A stretch of DNA of 64,000 nt. Origin: Candidatus Latescibacterota bacterium (GTDB lineage: Bacteria > Latescibacterota > UBA2968 > UBA8231). Position numbers and translations under genes: made by a program. The notes under the pieces are model-generated. The model searched no databases and had not been told where the DNA came from. It was given only the letters and a program-made list of their open reading frames with translations. Each line of letters begins with the position of its first letter. Position 1 is the first letter of the stretch. The stretch covers positions 2,368,001 to 2,432,000 of the forward strand of contig CBDFJF010000001.1 of NCBI GenBank assembly GCA_965248265.1, written 5' to 3'. This document shows, in pieces, positions 49,446-59,287 of the stretch.

Positions 49446-50486
49446 CTATTTGGATTGGGATCTGCGCGCGCGCTGATAGATGAATAAGGCAAGTCCGAAC
49501 AGCGAGAGCCCGGCCAGCTGATGCACCAGGGCGGTAGCGATCGGTACCCCCCAGGCAATGGTGGCGATGCCCAGCAAGATCTGGCCGCAACATATGGCCA
49601 CAAACAATCCCGTACAGGCCGGCAGCAGTGATGTTCCTTCGCGGCGTACCTGTCTCCACAGCAGCACTCCAAGGATCAGGATGGCGAAGGCAAACCAGCG
49701 ATGCTCAAAGTGCACGGTCAGTGCGTTCGAGAACAGATTGCTCAACCACGGGCGCAACGCCCAGAGGCCGTCCGGCACCCACTGCCCTCGGATCTGGGGA
49801 AACGTCGCGGACACATATCCGGCCTTGAGTCCAGCCATCAGCCCACCGAGAGCTATCTGCAGGCACACGGCCAGAAGCAGAGCGAAGGACAGCTTCACCG
49901 TTGAGGGAGAAGCTACCGCGGTAGCCGGGGGCAGAGCCTTCATCCCATGGTCAAGCGCGAGCCACAGGCACCCCCCAAGCAGCGCGATAGCCAGCATCAG
50001 ATGTAGGGTCAAGCGGATATGACTGACATGCGGCATGTCAACCAGACCGCTCTGCACCATCAGCCAGCCCATCAGTCCCTGGAAGGCGAAAAGCATACCG
50101 ATGCCCAGGTATGGAGCGGATCGGCGCCACGGAATGGTGCCTCGTACCAGAAACAGCAGCAACGGCAGCGCCACGCCGAGCCCTGCGAGCCGTCCAGCGA
50201 TGCGATGGATGTATTCACGGTAGTAGATGGAGCGGTACTCATCCATCGTCATACCGACGTTAATCTTCTTGTACTCGGGGGTCTTCTGGTAATCACTGAA
50301 CGTCTGGTCCCAGTCGGCCTCGCTCAGAGGCGGTACGACCCCGGTGACGACGTGCCAGTCCACCATCGACAGACCTGACCCCGTCAGACGCACCCAACCG
50401 CCGAGGGCGATCATGCCGACGACGGTGCAGCTGACGAACAGCAGCCATAGGGCCACGGATCGGTTGCGTTCGAATGTGGGTTCCAA
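49446..50486 (-). CDS. ctaA: Heme A synthase (COX15/CtaA type)
   Basis: GGWVRLTGSGLSM, EYIHR, GWLMVQSGL, RLTLHL, HFEHR, VHQ; start placed at TTG 50486. Confidence 0.9.
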   Translation of the reverse strand: MEPTFERNRSVALWLLFVSCTVVGMIALGGWVRLTGSGLSMVDWHVVTGVVPPLSEADWDQTFSDYQKTPEYKKINVGMTMDEYRSIYYREYIHRIAGRLAGLGVALPLLLFLVRGTIPWRRSAPYLGIGMLFAFQGLMGWLMVQSGLVDMPHVSHIRLTLHLMLAIALLGGCLWLALDHGMKALPPATAVASPSTVKLSFALLLAVCLQIALGGLMAGLKAGYVSATFPQIRGQWVPDGLWALRPWLSNLFSNALTVHFEHRWFAFAILILGVLLWRQVRREGTSLLPACTGLFVAICCGQILLGIATIAWGVPIATALVHQLAGLSLFGLALFIYQRARRSQSK

Positions 50487-50661
50487 AGAGTCCCTGCTTG
50501 GTTTCAGACAGTAGGCCTGGCCATCTTCAGATTGACCGGGCCCACCAGCTACGACAGTTTGTTCTACATAGAGTACACGTGTGTGTGTTAAACCCCAAAC
50601 CGGATAGCAACTCAAGTGACGTGCCCGTGTCGACTGAAGCGCGAGGAGTGAGACAGCCAAA

Positions 50662-53454
50662 GTGAGCGCAGCGATTTCATCGTCTGAGACTCGCCATTTT
50701 GCGGGCATGGTTGTTGTTGCGGCACTCTTGTTTTGTTTGTCTCTGGGCCACCGAGCCGTGGCCGATGCGAGACAGGTGGACCAGGAACGGGTCGAGCAGG
50801 TCGAAGACTGGACTGAGTCCCTGGCCAACCAGCTGCATGATCTTTCCCTCGCCGTGCGAAACCGTAATGCCGCGGCGCTGGCCGGCCATTTCAGCGAGAA
50901 CCTCACAGCGACCCCCTGGCCGTCGGTTGGAGGAAGCCGCGTGCCGGCGATCAAGTGGATCGCGCAAGTCGATTCGCCCTGGCCCCGGGAAGTCACGGGT
51001 ACCGACGGCTTCCTCAACAGCTGGCATGTCTACCTCGACGGACTCGGGGGGATCGAGGACGTCCGTTTCCAGGTCAAGCAGGCCCATTTCCAACCTGGGT
51101 TGGAGGTCCGTGCCGATGCTTCCATCTATTTCTCCATCGTCGGTCGCACCGATGACGGCGAGCGCATCTGGATTGAAGCCAAAGCGCACCTGAACGCCGT
51201 CCTCCCAGAGGACAACTGGTCGATAGAGGAGTTCACCTTCTCATCCTTCCACGCCCGCGTGGCATTGACCGACTTGTTCAGTGAAGTGTCCGTACCCGCG
51301 GGTGTCTACCATGAATTGCCGCTGTTCGGCTCTGCTGGCAATCCCGGTTTCGTCGCCCATGGCATAGCCGTCGCCGACGTCGACGGTGACGGCTTGCTGG
51401 ACGCCTTCACCACCAGCCAGGGGCAGAACTTCCTCTACATGAATCTGGGTGACGGTCGTTTTGAGAATCGCGCCCGCGCCGTCGGCCTCGCCATCACCCT
51501 CAACGCCTCCGGAGCGTTGTTCGTCGATCACGACAACGACGGTGACAGCGATCTGTTCCTGGCTGCACCGGGAGACCAGATGCTGTTCGAGAATAGGCTG
51601 GTACCGGACGGCGCGCTCGGCTTCGTCGATGCCTCGGCCAAGGCCGGCGTCGACCTGCCAGCACAGGGATTCAGCGCCAGTGCCGCGGACATCAACGGCG
51701 ACGGCTACCCTGACATTCATGTGGCCTCCTACAATCGCTATGGTCGCGTCATGCCCAACTCCTGGTCGCGGGCCACCAACGGCACACCCAATCTGCTGTT
51801 CGTCAATCGCGGCGATGGTAGCTTCACTGAGCAAGGCGCCGCCTGGGGAGTGGCGGATCGCCGTTGGTCCTACGCCGCCCACTTCGTCGACCTCAACCAG
51901 GACGGCCGTCAGGATCTCTACCTGGCCAACGACTTTGGCGAGAACGCCCTCTACCTCAACCGAGGAGATCACTTCGAGGATGCCGCCACCGCCGCCGGCA
52001 TGCTGGATCCTGGCAACGGCATGGGTGTCTCCGTTGGCGATTTTGACAACGACGGACTACTGGACCTGCACGTGACCAACATGTCGTCGACAGCCGGCAA
52101 CCGGATCCTCAAACGCTTGTTCCCAGACCGCGCCGTTCAACTCGATCAGACTCGTGTCCTCAACAAGCTGGCTGCCGGCAACAGTGTCTTTCGCAATCTG
52201 GGTGGGGGTCACTTTGAGGATGTGAGCGCCGACCTGGGGCCGTTCTCGGGCGGTTGGGCCTGGGGCGGGGGCTTCGTCGACTTCGACAATGACGGCTGGC
52301 TGGACATTCACAGTCCCAACGGCTTCGTCTCGGGTAAATCGCTCAAGGACACGTGAAGCCTGTTCTGGCGCCACGTGCTGGCGTCGTCAGTTGAACTGGA
52401 AGCTGCCGGCAACCCGGAGTACCAGAATGACCACATGGCCAGGATCCTGGAGGATGGCTTCTCGTTCAGCGGGTTCGAACGAGACAAGCTCTATCTCAAC
52501 GACCGTGGCAACCGGTTCGTCGACATCTCAGGCCTTTCTGGGGTAGACGCGGTTAGCGACGGGCGCGGCGCGGCCTATGCTGATTTCGACAACGACGGCG
52601 ACAGCGACATCTTCCTGACCAGCCTGCAGGGACAGGCCCACCATCTGTTCCGCAACGATGTCGGTCAGCACCGTGGTTTCCTGCGGGTCACCCTGGACGG
52701 TCGCGACAGCGGGCACGACGCCTATGGTGCGCAGGTGCGGGTAAAGACTTCACAGGGAGTGCTCGCACGCATCAAGGCCGGCGGCAGTGGCTTCGTCTCG
52801 CAGAGCGATCCGAGATTGCTGTTCGGTCTCGGCGATGACGAGAGCGCCCAGTGGCTGGAGGTGCACTGGCCATCCGGCCTCACGCAACGATTCGGAGCGG
52901 TTGCGGCCGGTTCGTCGGTTCTGGTCCGAGAAGGCGCCGCACTCGAATACCTGCAGGAGCGCCGTTTTTCGCTGCCCGACCCGCTGGCTGCGGATGCGCT
53001 GGTTCATCAGGCTCTCGGACCACAACCTGGGGAACCGTTCCCGTCACTGACGCTCACCGACCTGCAGGGCACCAAGCTGGAATTGAGCGACCTGTCCCCT
53101 TCCTCCGGCCGGCCCCTCGTCGTCAACCTGTGGGCGACATGGTGTGTCCCCTGCCGTGTAGAGATGCCGCAGTTGGAGAAGCTCTACCCCAAGCTACAGG
53201 CCGCCGGGGTGGACCTGATCGGCATCAGCGTCGATTTCGCAGAAACTCGACGCAAGATCCCGTCTTATCTGAAGCGAATCGGCATCTCCTACCCCTCCTA
53301 TACCACCGACGAGAGCGGCCTCGAGCTGCTTTACTCTGGTGATCGACTGGTCGTTCCCATCACCTTCATACTCGATTCAGATTTTCGCGTTGACGAAATT
53401 CTAAGTGGCTGGAACGCTAAATCCGAAGCCCGCCTCCACGGCTTGCTCGAATAG
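50662..53454 (+). CDS. Secreted FG-GAP repeat/ASPIC-UnbV (CRTAC1-like) protein with a C-terminal TlpA-type thioredoxin; in-frame TGA at codon 565 (candidate selenocysteine), ~930 aa
   Basis: The two track ORFs (50662-52356 and 52375-53454) share a frame and are separated only by TGA 52354-52356 (KDT-*-SLFWRHV). DxDxDG repeats continue on both sides. LLFGLG...VHWPSG marks ASPIC/UnbV; WATWCVPC marks thioredoxin. Confidence 0.8.
52367..52385 (+). promoter_or_regulatory. Putative bacterial SECIS hairpin GGCGCCA-CGUGC-UGGCGUC
   Basis: 7-bp stem with one G-U pair; the loop begins 18 nt after the UGA and is identical to the loop behind the DsbA/FrnE UGA. Confidence 0.65.
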
Positions 53455-53549
53455 GCCTTTGATAGCCACACTCTCAACCCGCATTTGCTTCACTGCTCGT
53501 ATTCACTATGACGCTCCCCGATTGGAGTTAGCTCCTCATGCGTTAGCGC

Positions 53550-56500
53550 TCAGGCGGTCGCAGCTGCATCAGTCTCCCCTGCAAACCATTTGTAGAGCGC
53601 CGGCAGCACCAACAGGGTCAACATCGTCGAAGTCACCAGTCCACCAATAACCACCGTAGCTAGCGGACGCTGGACCTCCGAGCCCACGCCAGTGGCGAGC
53701 AGCAGCGGAATCAACCCCAGACTGGCCACCAGCGCCGTCATCAGTACCGGCCGCAACCTCCGCTCGGCCCCCCTAGCTGCCGCCTCCTCCAAGCCGAGAC
53801 CCTCGCCGCGCAGCTGGTTGATGTAAGACACCAGGACCACTCCATTGAGGACGGCCACTCCAAACAGCGCGATAAAACCAACGGAGGCCGGCACCGACAG
53901 GTTTTGCCCACTCAGCCAGAGCGCCACGATACCGCCCACCAGCGCCAGCGGGATGTTCAACAGAATGAGCGCGGCGTTCTTGAGTGAGTTGAAACTGGCG
54001 AACAGCAGCAGGAAGAGGGCAAACAGAGTTAACGGAACAACCACGGCCAATCTCTTGTTAGCTTCCTGCTGCAACCGAAACTGACCACCCCAGGTCACCA
54101 GATAACCCGGCGGCAGATTGACTCCCTCGTCGATGGCTCCGCGGGCTTCATCCACAAAACTGCCAATGTCGCGGTCCGTGACGTTGCACTGGATCGTGAT
54201 GAAGCGCTGACCCTTCTCGCGGGTGATCTGTCGAGGCCCGACCACTTCTTCGATGCGAGCCAACTGCACAAGCGGCACCTGGACCCCCTCCGGCGATTGT
54301 ACCAGCAGTTGGGCGATGGCCTCAGGTGTGTCGCGGTATTCGGGTGCGAAGCGCACTATAATGTCAAAGCGACGGATCCCCTCGAATACCTGACCGACCG
54401 TTTCACCACCCACAGCCGCACGAATCACGTGTTGAACGTCGGCGACATTGATGCCGTAGCGGGCTATCGCCTGACGGTCGATTCGGATCAGCAGTTGGGG
54501 CGTGCCGCTGACCTGATCGACCTGGACGTCGGCGGCTCCGGCCACCGTGCCCACGACCCGGGCGATCTCGTCGGCCTTCTCCTTGAGCACATCGAGATCG
54601 TCGCCAAAGAGCTTGATGGCCAGTTCGGCGCGTACCCCTTCCAGCAGCTCGTCAACGGCCATGGCGATGGGTTGGGTGAAACTCGTCGAAGCACCCGGGA
54701 TGTCGCCGAGCTCATCGCGAATGACGTGCTGCAGCTCTTCCTGTGTTTCGGCCGCACGCCACTCCTCCTTCGGTTTGAGCAGGATGTACATCTCGGCACT
54801 GTTGATCGGATCGGTATGCGCCCCAACCTCACCTCGGCCTATGCGCGAGACCACCCCTGTCACTTCGGCAATCCGCATGATTCGCTGTTCGACCAGCAGA
54901 GTGAGGCGAGTGCTCTCCGTCAGCGAGATGGACGGAGCCATCGTCAGGCGCAGCACTAGGGTCCCCTCCTGTAGTGCTGGAGTAAACTCCGATCCCAGGC
55001 GCGGAAAGAGAACAGCTCCCAGTACGACGAGGCTGGCGGCAAGACCCAAAGCCCGTGATCGATGAGCGACAAAGTGACGGAGTAGAGGTCTATACAGGGA
55101 TAGTACCCACTGAACGATGAGGCCCTCCCCTGCATCCACGCCCTCTTCTGTCCGGCGCTCGGGCGCCGACTGGCGCTTGGGCACGCGCAACAGCAAATAG
55201 GATAGCACCGGGGCCGCGAACAGTGCGAAGATCAGGGATCCCATCATCGCCATCGCCACCGTGTAGGCCAGAGGCCGAAAAGTCTTCCCCTCCACACCCT
55301 CGAGAGTGAACAGCGGCAGGAAAACCATGATGATGATGATGATGGCGAAGGCGATCGGCCTTCCGACTTCGACGCATGCCGCCGTTACCGTTTCGAGGCG
55401 CGATTGTGCGCTTGAACTCGCCCGCAGCATGCGATCGACGTTTTCGACGATGACGATAGTACCATCCACCATCATCCCGATGGCGATGGCCAATCCGCCC
55501 AGCGACATGAGGTTGGCCGACAGGCCGAAATAGTGCATGCCGAGCGTCGCGAAGAACAGGGAGAACGGGATGGCCAGCGCTACAACCACACTGGGGCGCA
55601 AGCTGCCCATGAACACCAGCAATACCAGCGTTACCAGGACGATGCCTTCGACCAGAGCATCCATCACGGTGGCTACACAGGCCGCAACAAGGGTTTTCTG
55701 CTCATAGTAAGGGACCAACCGGATCCCTTCAGGCAAGATGCGGTTGATCTCCACCATCTTCGCCTCGACTCGCTCGATCACCGTGGACGAATTGGCTCCC
55801 AAGAGCTTGACTACCATGCCGGCAACTACCTCACCAACACCGTCCCGCGTCTGCACACCGCGACGAGTCGCCCCGCCAATGCGCACTTCAGCCAGCTGGT
55901 TCAGAAAAATTGGTGTACCGTCGTTGGCTTTGACGACAATGCTCTGGATGTCCTCGATCGTCGACGCCAGACCTACCGAACGCACGACGTATTCCTCGGC
56001 GTCTTTCTCGATGAACTGAGCGCCAACGTTGAGGTTGTTGGCCTCGATGCGCTCGATAACTTCCTCAAGCGTGATCCCGTAGCGCAGCAATGAATTCGGA
56101 TCGACGACAACGTGGTACTGTCTTTCGTGACCGCCGATACCCAGCACCTCGGTCACACCTGGCACGGTCTGCAGGTGAAATTTGACCAGCCAGTCCTGAA
56201 TCGTGCGCAGCTCCTCGAGACTGCGCGAACCCGTTTCATCTTCCAGGTAATAGAACAGGATCAGTCCCATCCCGGTGGCAATAGGACCCATTGCTGGTTC
56301 GCCAAAGCCTTCCGGAATCTGCTCGCGAGCCTCCTGCAGGCGCTCGTTGACCAACTGGCGGGCGAAGTAGATATCCACCCCATCTTCGAAATAGATGTTG
56401 ACTACTGAGAGGCCAAAATTGGACACGGAGCGGACGTTCTCGATTCCCGGCAGACCGTTCATCACGGTCTCAATAGGATACGTTACGTAGGTCTCGATCT

Positions 56501-56678
56501 CCTCTGGTGCCAGGCCCTCGGTGACGGTAAACACTTGAACCAGGTTTGGTGAAACGTCCGGAAAAGCGTCAACCGGCAACTGGCGGGAGCTGTACACCCC
56601 CCCACCGATAACGGCAAGGCCGAGGACCAGCATCAGTAAGCGATTCCTTAGCGACAGATGTATAATGTGCTCTATCAC
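53550..56678 (-). CDS. czcA: CusA/CzcA family heavy-metal efflux RND transporter
   Basis: LPVDAFPD, ANLMSLGG, MVDGTIVIVEN, EGKTFRPLA, GVAVLNG, RLRPVLMTA; GTG 56678 follows GGGAGG. Confidence 0.9.
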   Translation of the reverse strand: MIEHIIHLSLRNRLLMLVLGLAVIGGGVYSSRQLPVDAFPDVSPNLVQVFTVTEGLAPEEIETYVTYPIETVMNGLPGIENVRSVSNFGLSVVNIYFEDGVDIYFARQLVNERLQEAREQIPEGFGEPAMGPIATGMGLILFYYLEDETGSRSLEELRTIQDWLVKFHLQTVPGVTEVLGIGGHERQYHVVVDPNSLLRYGITLEEVIERIEANNLNVGAQFIEKDAEEYVVRSVGLASTIEDIQSIVVKANDGTPIFLNQLAEVRIGGATRRGVQTRDGVGEVVAGMVVKLLGANSSTVIERVEAKMVEINRILPEGIRLVPYYEQKTLVAACVATVMDALVEGIVLVTLVLLVFMGSLRPSVVVALAIPFSLFFATLGMHYFGLSANLMSLGGLAIAIGMMVDGTIVIVENVDRMLRASSSAQSRLETVTAACVEVGRPIAFAIIIIIMVFLPLFTLEGVEGKTFRPLAYTVAMAMMGSLIFALFAAPVLSYLLLRVPKRQSAPERRTEEGVDAGEGLIVQWVLSLYRPLLRHFVAHRSRALGLAASLVVLGAVLFPRLGSEFTPALQEGTLVLRLTMAPSISLTESTRLTLLVEQRIMRIAEVTGVVSRIGRGEVGAHTDPINSAEMYILLKPKEEWRAAETQEELQHVIRDELGDIPGASTSFTQPIAMAVDELLEGVRAELAIKLFGDDLDVLKEKADEIARVVGTVAGAADVQVDQVSGTPQLLIRIDRQAIARYGINVADVQHVIRAAVGGETVGQVFEGIRRFDIIVRFAPEYRDTPEAIAQLLVQSPEGVQVPLVQLARIEEVVGPRQITREKGQRFITIQCNVTDRDIGSFVDEARGAIDEGVNLPPGYLVTWGGQFRLQQEANKRLAVVVPLTLFALFLLLFASFNSLKNAALILLNIPLALVGGIVALWLSGQNLSVPASVGFIALFGVAVLNGVVLVSYINQLRGEGLGLEEAAARGAERRLRPVLMTALVASLGLIPLLLATGVGSEVQRPLATVVIGGLVTSTMLTLLVLPALYKWFAGETDAAATA

Positions 56679-56699
56679 GAATTGTCCTCCCACCTGCCG

Positions 56700-57899
56700 T
56701 TAGTGGCCATGGCCATCGCCAAAATCGCCTTTGGACAGTTGGGCCTTCAACGTGAAGGCGCCATCCGCGACAAAACGCTGGCCCGGCCGCAACCCGGCGA
56801 GGACCTCCACGTGGGTCTGGTTGGTGCGGCCGATGCTGATAGGGTGCGGCTCGAGTCCCGCCGGCGTTTCGACAAACACCACCACCACGTCTTCCATCGT
56901 CTGCATGGCAGACCTTGGGATCGACAGCGGCACTTCGATCCGGTCGACCTCGATCTGGGCGGTGACGAACGAACCCGGTCGCCAGAGACCGTCGAGATTG
57001 CCCAGGACGATGCGCACCGAGGCGGTTCGTGTCGCCTCCTCGACGATGGGGCTGATGTATTCGATGCTCCCTGTTGCTTCTCCTCCACCGGGTCCGCCGC
57101 TGACGTGGACGGATTGGCCGACATGGAGGAAGGGTAGATCCTTCTGATACGCCGTAAGCTCCACCCAGACTGATCGCAGATCAACGATGACGAAAGCTTC
57201 CGTTTCGTCCCTGAGCATTTCTCCCTGGGCGATGTGTTTTTTTATGATCGTACCGGCAAACGGGGCAGCCATCTCATAGCGGGTAAAGAGCGCGTCGTCG
57301 TCGAAGGACAGGTTGGCCAGGTACTCGTGCGTGAAACCGAGGGCATGCAGTTTTTGTTCGGCCACCCGCTGTTCGATGCGGGCCTCCACCAGTCCCTTTT
57401 GTGCCTCCAGGTACATCCGTTCTGAGGAGATGCTCTGTCGCCACAGCTTTTCCTCACGGGCAAAGGTTGCTTTCGCCAGCGCCAAGCGTTCCACGGCTAC
57501 CAGGTAGGTCGACTTCAACTCGGAGAGTTCGCGGCTCTGGAGTACGGCAAGAACCTGGTTTTCATGGACTTGATCACCAACGTTGGCCAGCACCCGTTGC
57601 GCCACACCGGACACACGGGGGACCAGATGAGCCAGGCGGTCTGGATTCACCCGGATCTCTCCCGGCAGACTCACGTGCACTCCCAACACTCCAGGGCCGG
57701 CCGTCATCAACCGCACACCGAACTCCTCCTGCTCGGCCGCACTCATACGGACGACCATCTCGTCTTCATGCTCGTCGTGCTCGCCAGCATGGACATCCCC
57801 GTTGTGCGCATCCTCAGCGGCCGCTACTCCAAGCGGCCCCGTCGCCAGCAACCCGGTCGCCAACACCAAGACGTTCATCGTCATCAGTCTTCTCAACAT
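56700..57899 (-). CDS. czcB: CzcB-type RND periplasmic adaptor with His-rich termini
   Basis: Signal peptide, HNGDVHAGEHDEH, APFAGTI, TRT, C-terminal GHGH. Confidence 0.85.
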   Translation of the reverse strand: MLRRLMTMNVLVLATGLLATGPLGVAAAEDAHNGDVHAGEHDEHEDEMVVRMSAAEQEEFGVRLMTAGPGVLGVHVSLPGEIRVNPDRLAHLVPRVSGVAQRVLANVGDQVHENQVLAVLQSRELSELKSTYLVAVERLALAKATFAREEKLWRQSISSERMYLEAQKGLVEARIEQRVAEQKLHALGFTHEYLANLSFDDDALFTRYEMAAPFAGTIIKKHIAQGEMLRDETEAFVIVDLRSVWVELTAYQKDLPFLHVGQSVHVSGGPGGGEATGSIEYISPIVEEATRTASVRIVLGNLDGLWRPGSFVTAQIEVDRIEVPLSIPRSAMQTMEDVVVVFVETPAGLEPHPISIGRTNQTHVEVLAGLRPGQRFVADGAFTLKAQLSKGDFGDGHGH

Positions 57900-57900
57900 T

Positions 57901-59160
57901 TCAGTTCTCCAGACCGTCTGTCGTTATCGCTTTTCCAACCGCCCTTTCCAGATCTGCCACGGCAACTCGATGGTTGAATAGTGCTTCGGCGTATTCTTGC
58001 CTGACCGCGGTAAGCGTCCTCTGTGCTTCCAGTCGCTCCAGGTAGGTCACCTTACCCTCCGCATAACTCTGGCTGGCTACTTCGAAGGTGCGCTCTGCCT
58101 CGTGAATGATCCGGCTGTTGTACAGGCGCACCTGTGCGGCGGAAGTCTGCAGGTGCAGGAAAGCGCGCTCTACTTCGAACAAGACCCGATTCTGGATGAC
58201 CTCCAGCTCGGCCTCCGCCTGTCCCACCGAAGCCGTGGCCTCGGCCAGTTGACCTCGTTGCCGGGCAGCTGCCCACAATGGAAGCTCCAGCGACAAACCC
58301 ACGCGCCAAAAATCGTCTTTGCCGGCCGGATCCTGAACGGTTTGGCGGAACAGCCCTACGGTGACGTCGGGTACGAAAGCAGCTTTGGCCAGCGCCCGTT
58401 CACTTTGAGCGCTCTGCAATACCCATTCACCACCGAGAACGTCCGGACGGTGCTCGATCGCCGTTTGCTGGAGAGGCTCGAGTTCGAACTCAACCGCTTG
58501 ATATTCCAGTTCCCCTTCGATCTCCGCACTGGTTCCGCGCTGGCTTGCCAACAGCGTATTTAGTTCGGCCCCGAACACGGCGAGTTCGTTGGTTGCATTG
58601 GTAACGCGATTGGCGGCACGTCCAGCTTCCACTTCGGCGCGCAGCACCTCGAGTTGCGGCACATCACCCGCCTCCAGGCGCAGCTGCGCCTTGCGCAGGA
58701 AATCCTGGGCCAGGCGCAGATCCTGCTGGATGTAATCGAGTTTTTTCGATCCGAACAGCACACGATCGTAGGCCACCTTGACGCGGGTGCTGATGTCGAG
58801 GCGAGTCATCTCATACGCGCCCATGCGCACAGCCTCGGCAGCCTGTCGAGCTGCCGTACTCCGACCCCGCCATTTCAGTGGCGACTCGATCTGCTGTGTC
58901 ACCCCGAAGGCCCGCTCGCCGAAATCGTCGAGGCGGGTCATCCCCGGCATCTCCTCGTATTCCAATTTCAGTTCAGGATCAGGTATTGCGCGTGCCTGAG
59001 TCGAACGCGCCCGCGCAGCCTCCCACGCCTTCTGTCCCGCGATTACTTCGGGGTTGGCTTGCAGAGCTCTATCAATTGCCTCTTGTCGTGTCAGAGCATC
59101 TATTGTGCTGGCGAACGGGCCACCGAACGCCAGAGCGACGATGACGTACCTGGAGTACAT
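57901..59160 (-). CDS. czcC: TolC family outer membrane factor (CzcC-like)
   Basis: AIDRALQANPE, PDPEL, two OEP-type repeats, YAEGKVTYLE; ATG 59160 follows GGGAGG. Confidence 0.82.
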   Translation of the reverse strand: MYSRYVIVALAFGGPFASTIDALTRQEAIDRALQANPEVIAGQKAWEAARARSTQARAIPDPELKLEYEEMPGMTRLDDFGERAFGVTQQIESPLKWRGRSTAARQAAEAVRMGAYEMTRLDISTRVKVAYDRVLFGSKKLDYIQQDLRLAQDFLRKAQLRLEAGDVPQLEVLRAEVEAGRAANRVTNATNELAVFGAELNTLLASQRGTSAEIEGELEYQAVEFELEPLQQTAIEHRPDVLGGEWVLQSAQSERALAKAAFVPDVTVGLFRQTVQDPAGKDDFWRVGLSLELPLWAAARQRGQLAEATASVGQAEAELEVIQNRVLFEVERAFLHLQTSAAQVRLYNSRIIHEAERTFEVASQSYAEGKVTYLERLEAQRTLTAVRQEYAEALFNHRVAVADLERAVGKAITTDGLEN

Positions 59161-59260
59161 GTATTCCTCCCGATTCATGTTACCGTAGAGTCGTGTGATG
59201 GAACGTACCATGCCGGTTTCGACAGCTGTCGAGACGCCACAGAAACCGATGGGGGTTGAT

Positions 59261-59287
59261 CAGATAGAGCAGATAGAGCAGATAGAT
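59261..59287. repeat. Tandem 3 x 9 bp CAGATAGAG just past the leader-gene stop
   Basis: Read directly; the third unit ends in T. Confidence 0.8.

Noticed and set aside
50487-51017. N-terminal extensions of track ORFs (ctaA; similarly parE, murB, fhs, OCD, GT2)
   Set aside because: They are non-homologous, often overlap neighbouring genes, and better downstream starts exist.
52375-53454. Independent 359-aa gene starting at GTG 52375
   Set aside because: It begins mid-propeller, lacks an SD and signal peptide, and its GTG is the loop of the SECIS-like hairpin.
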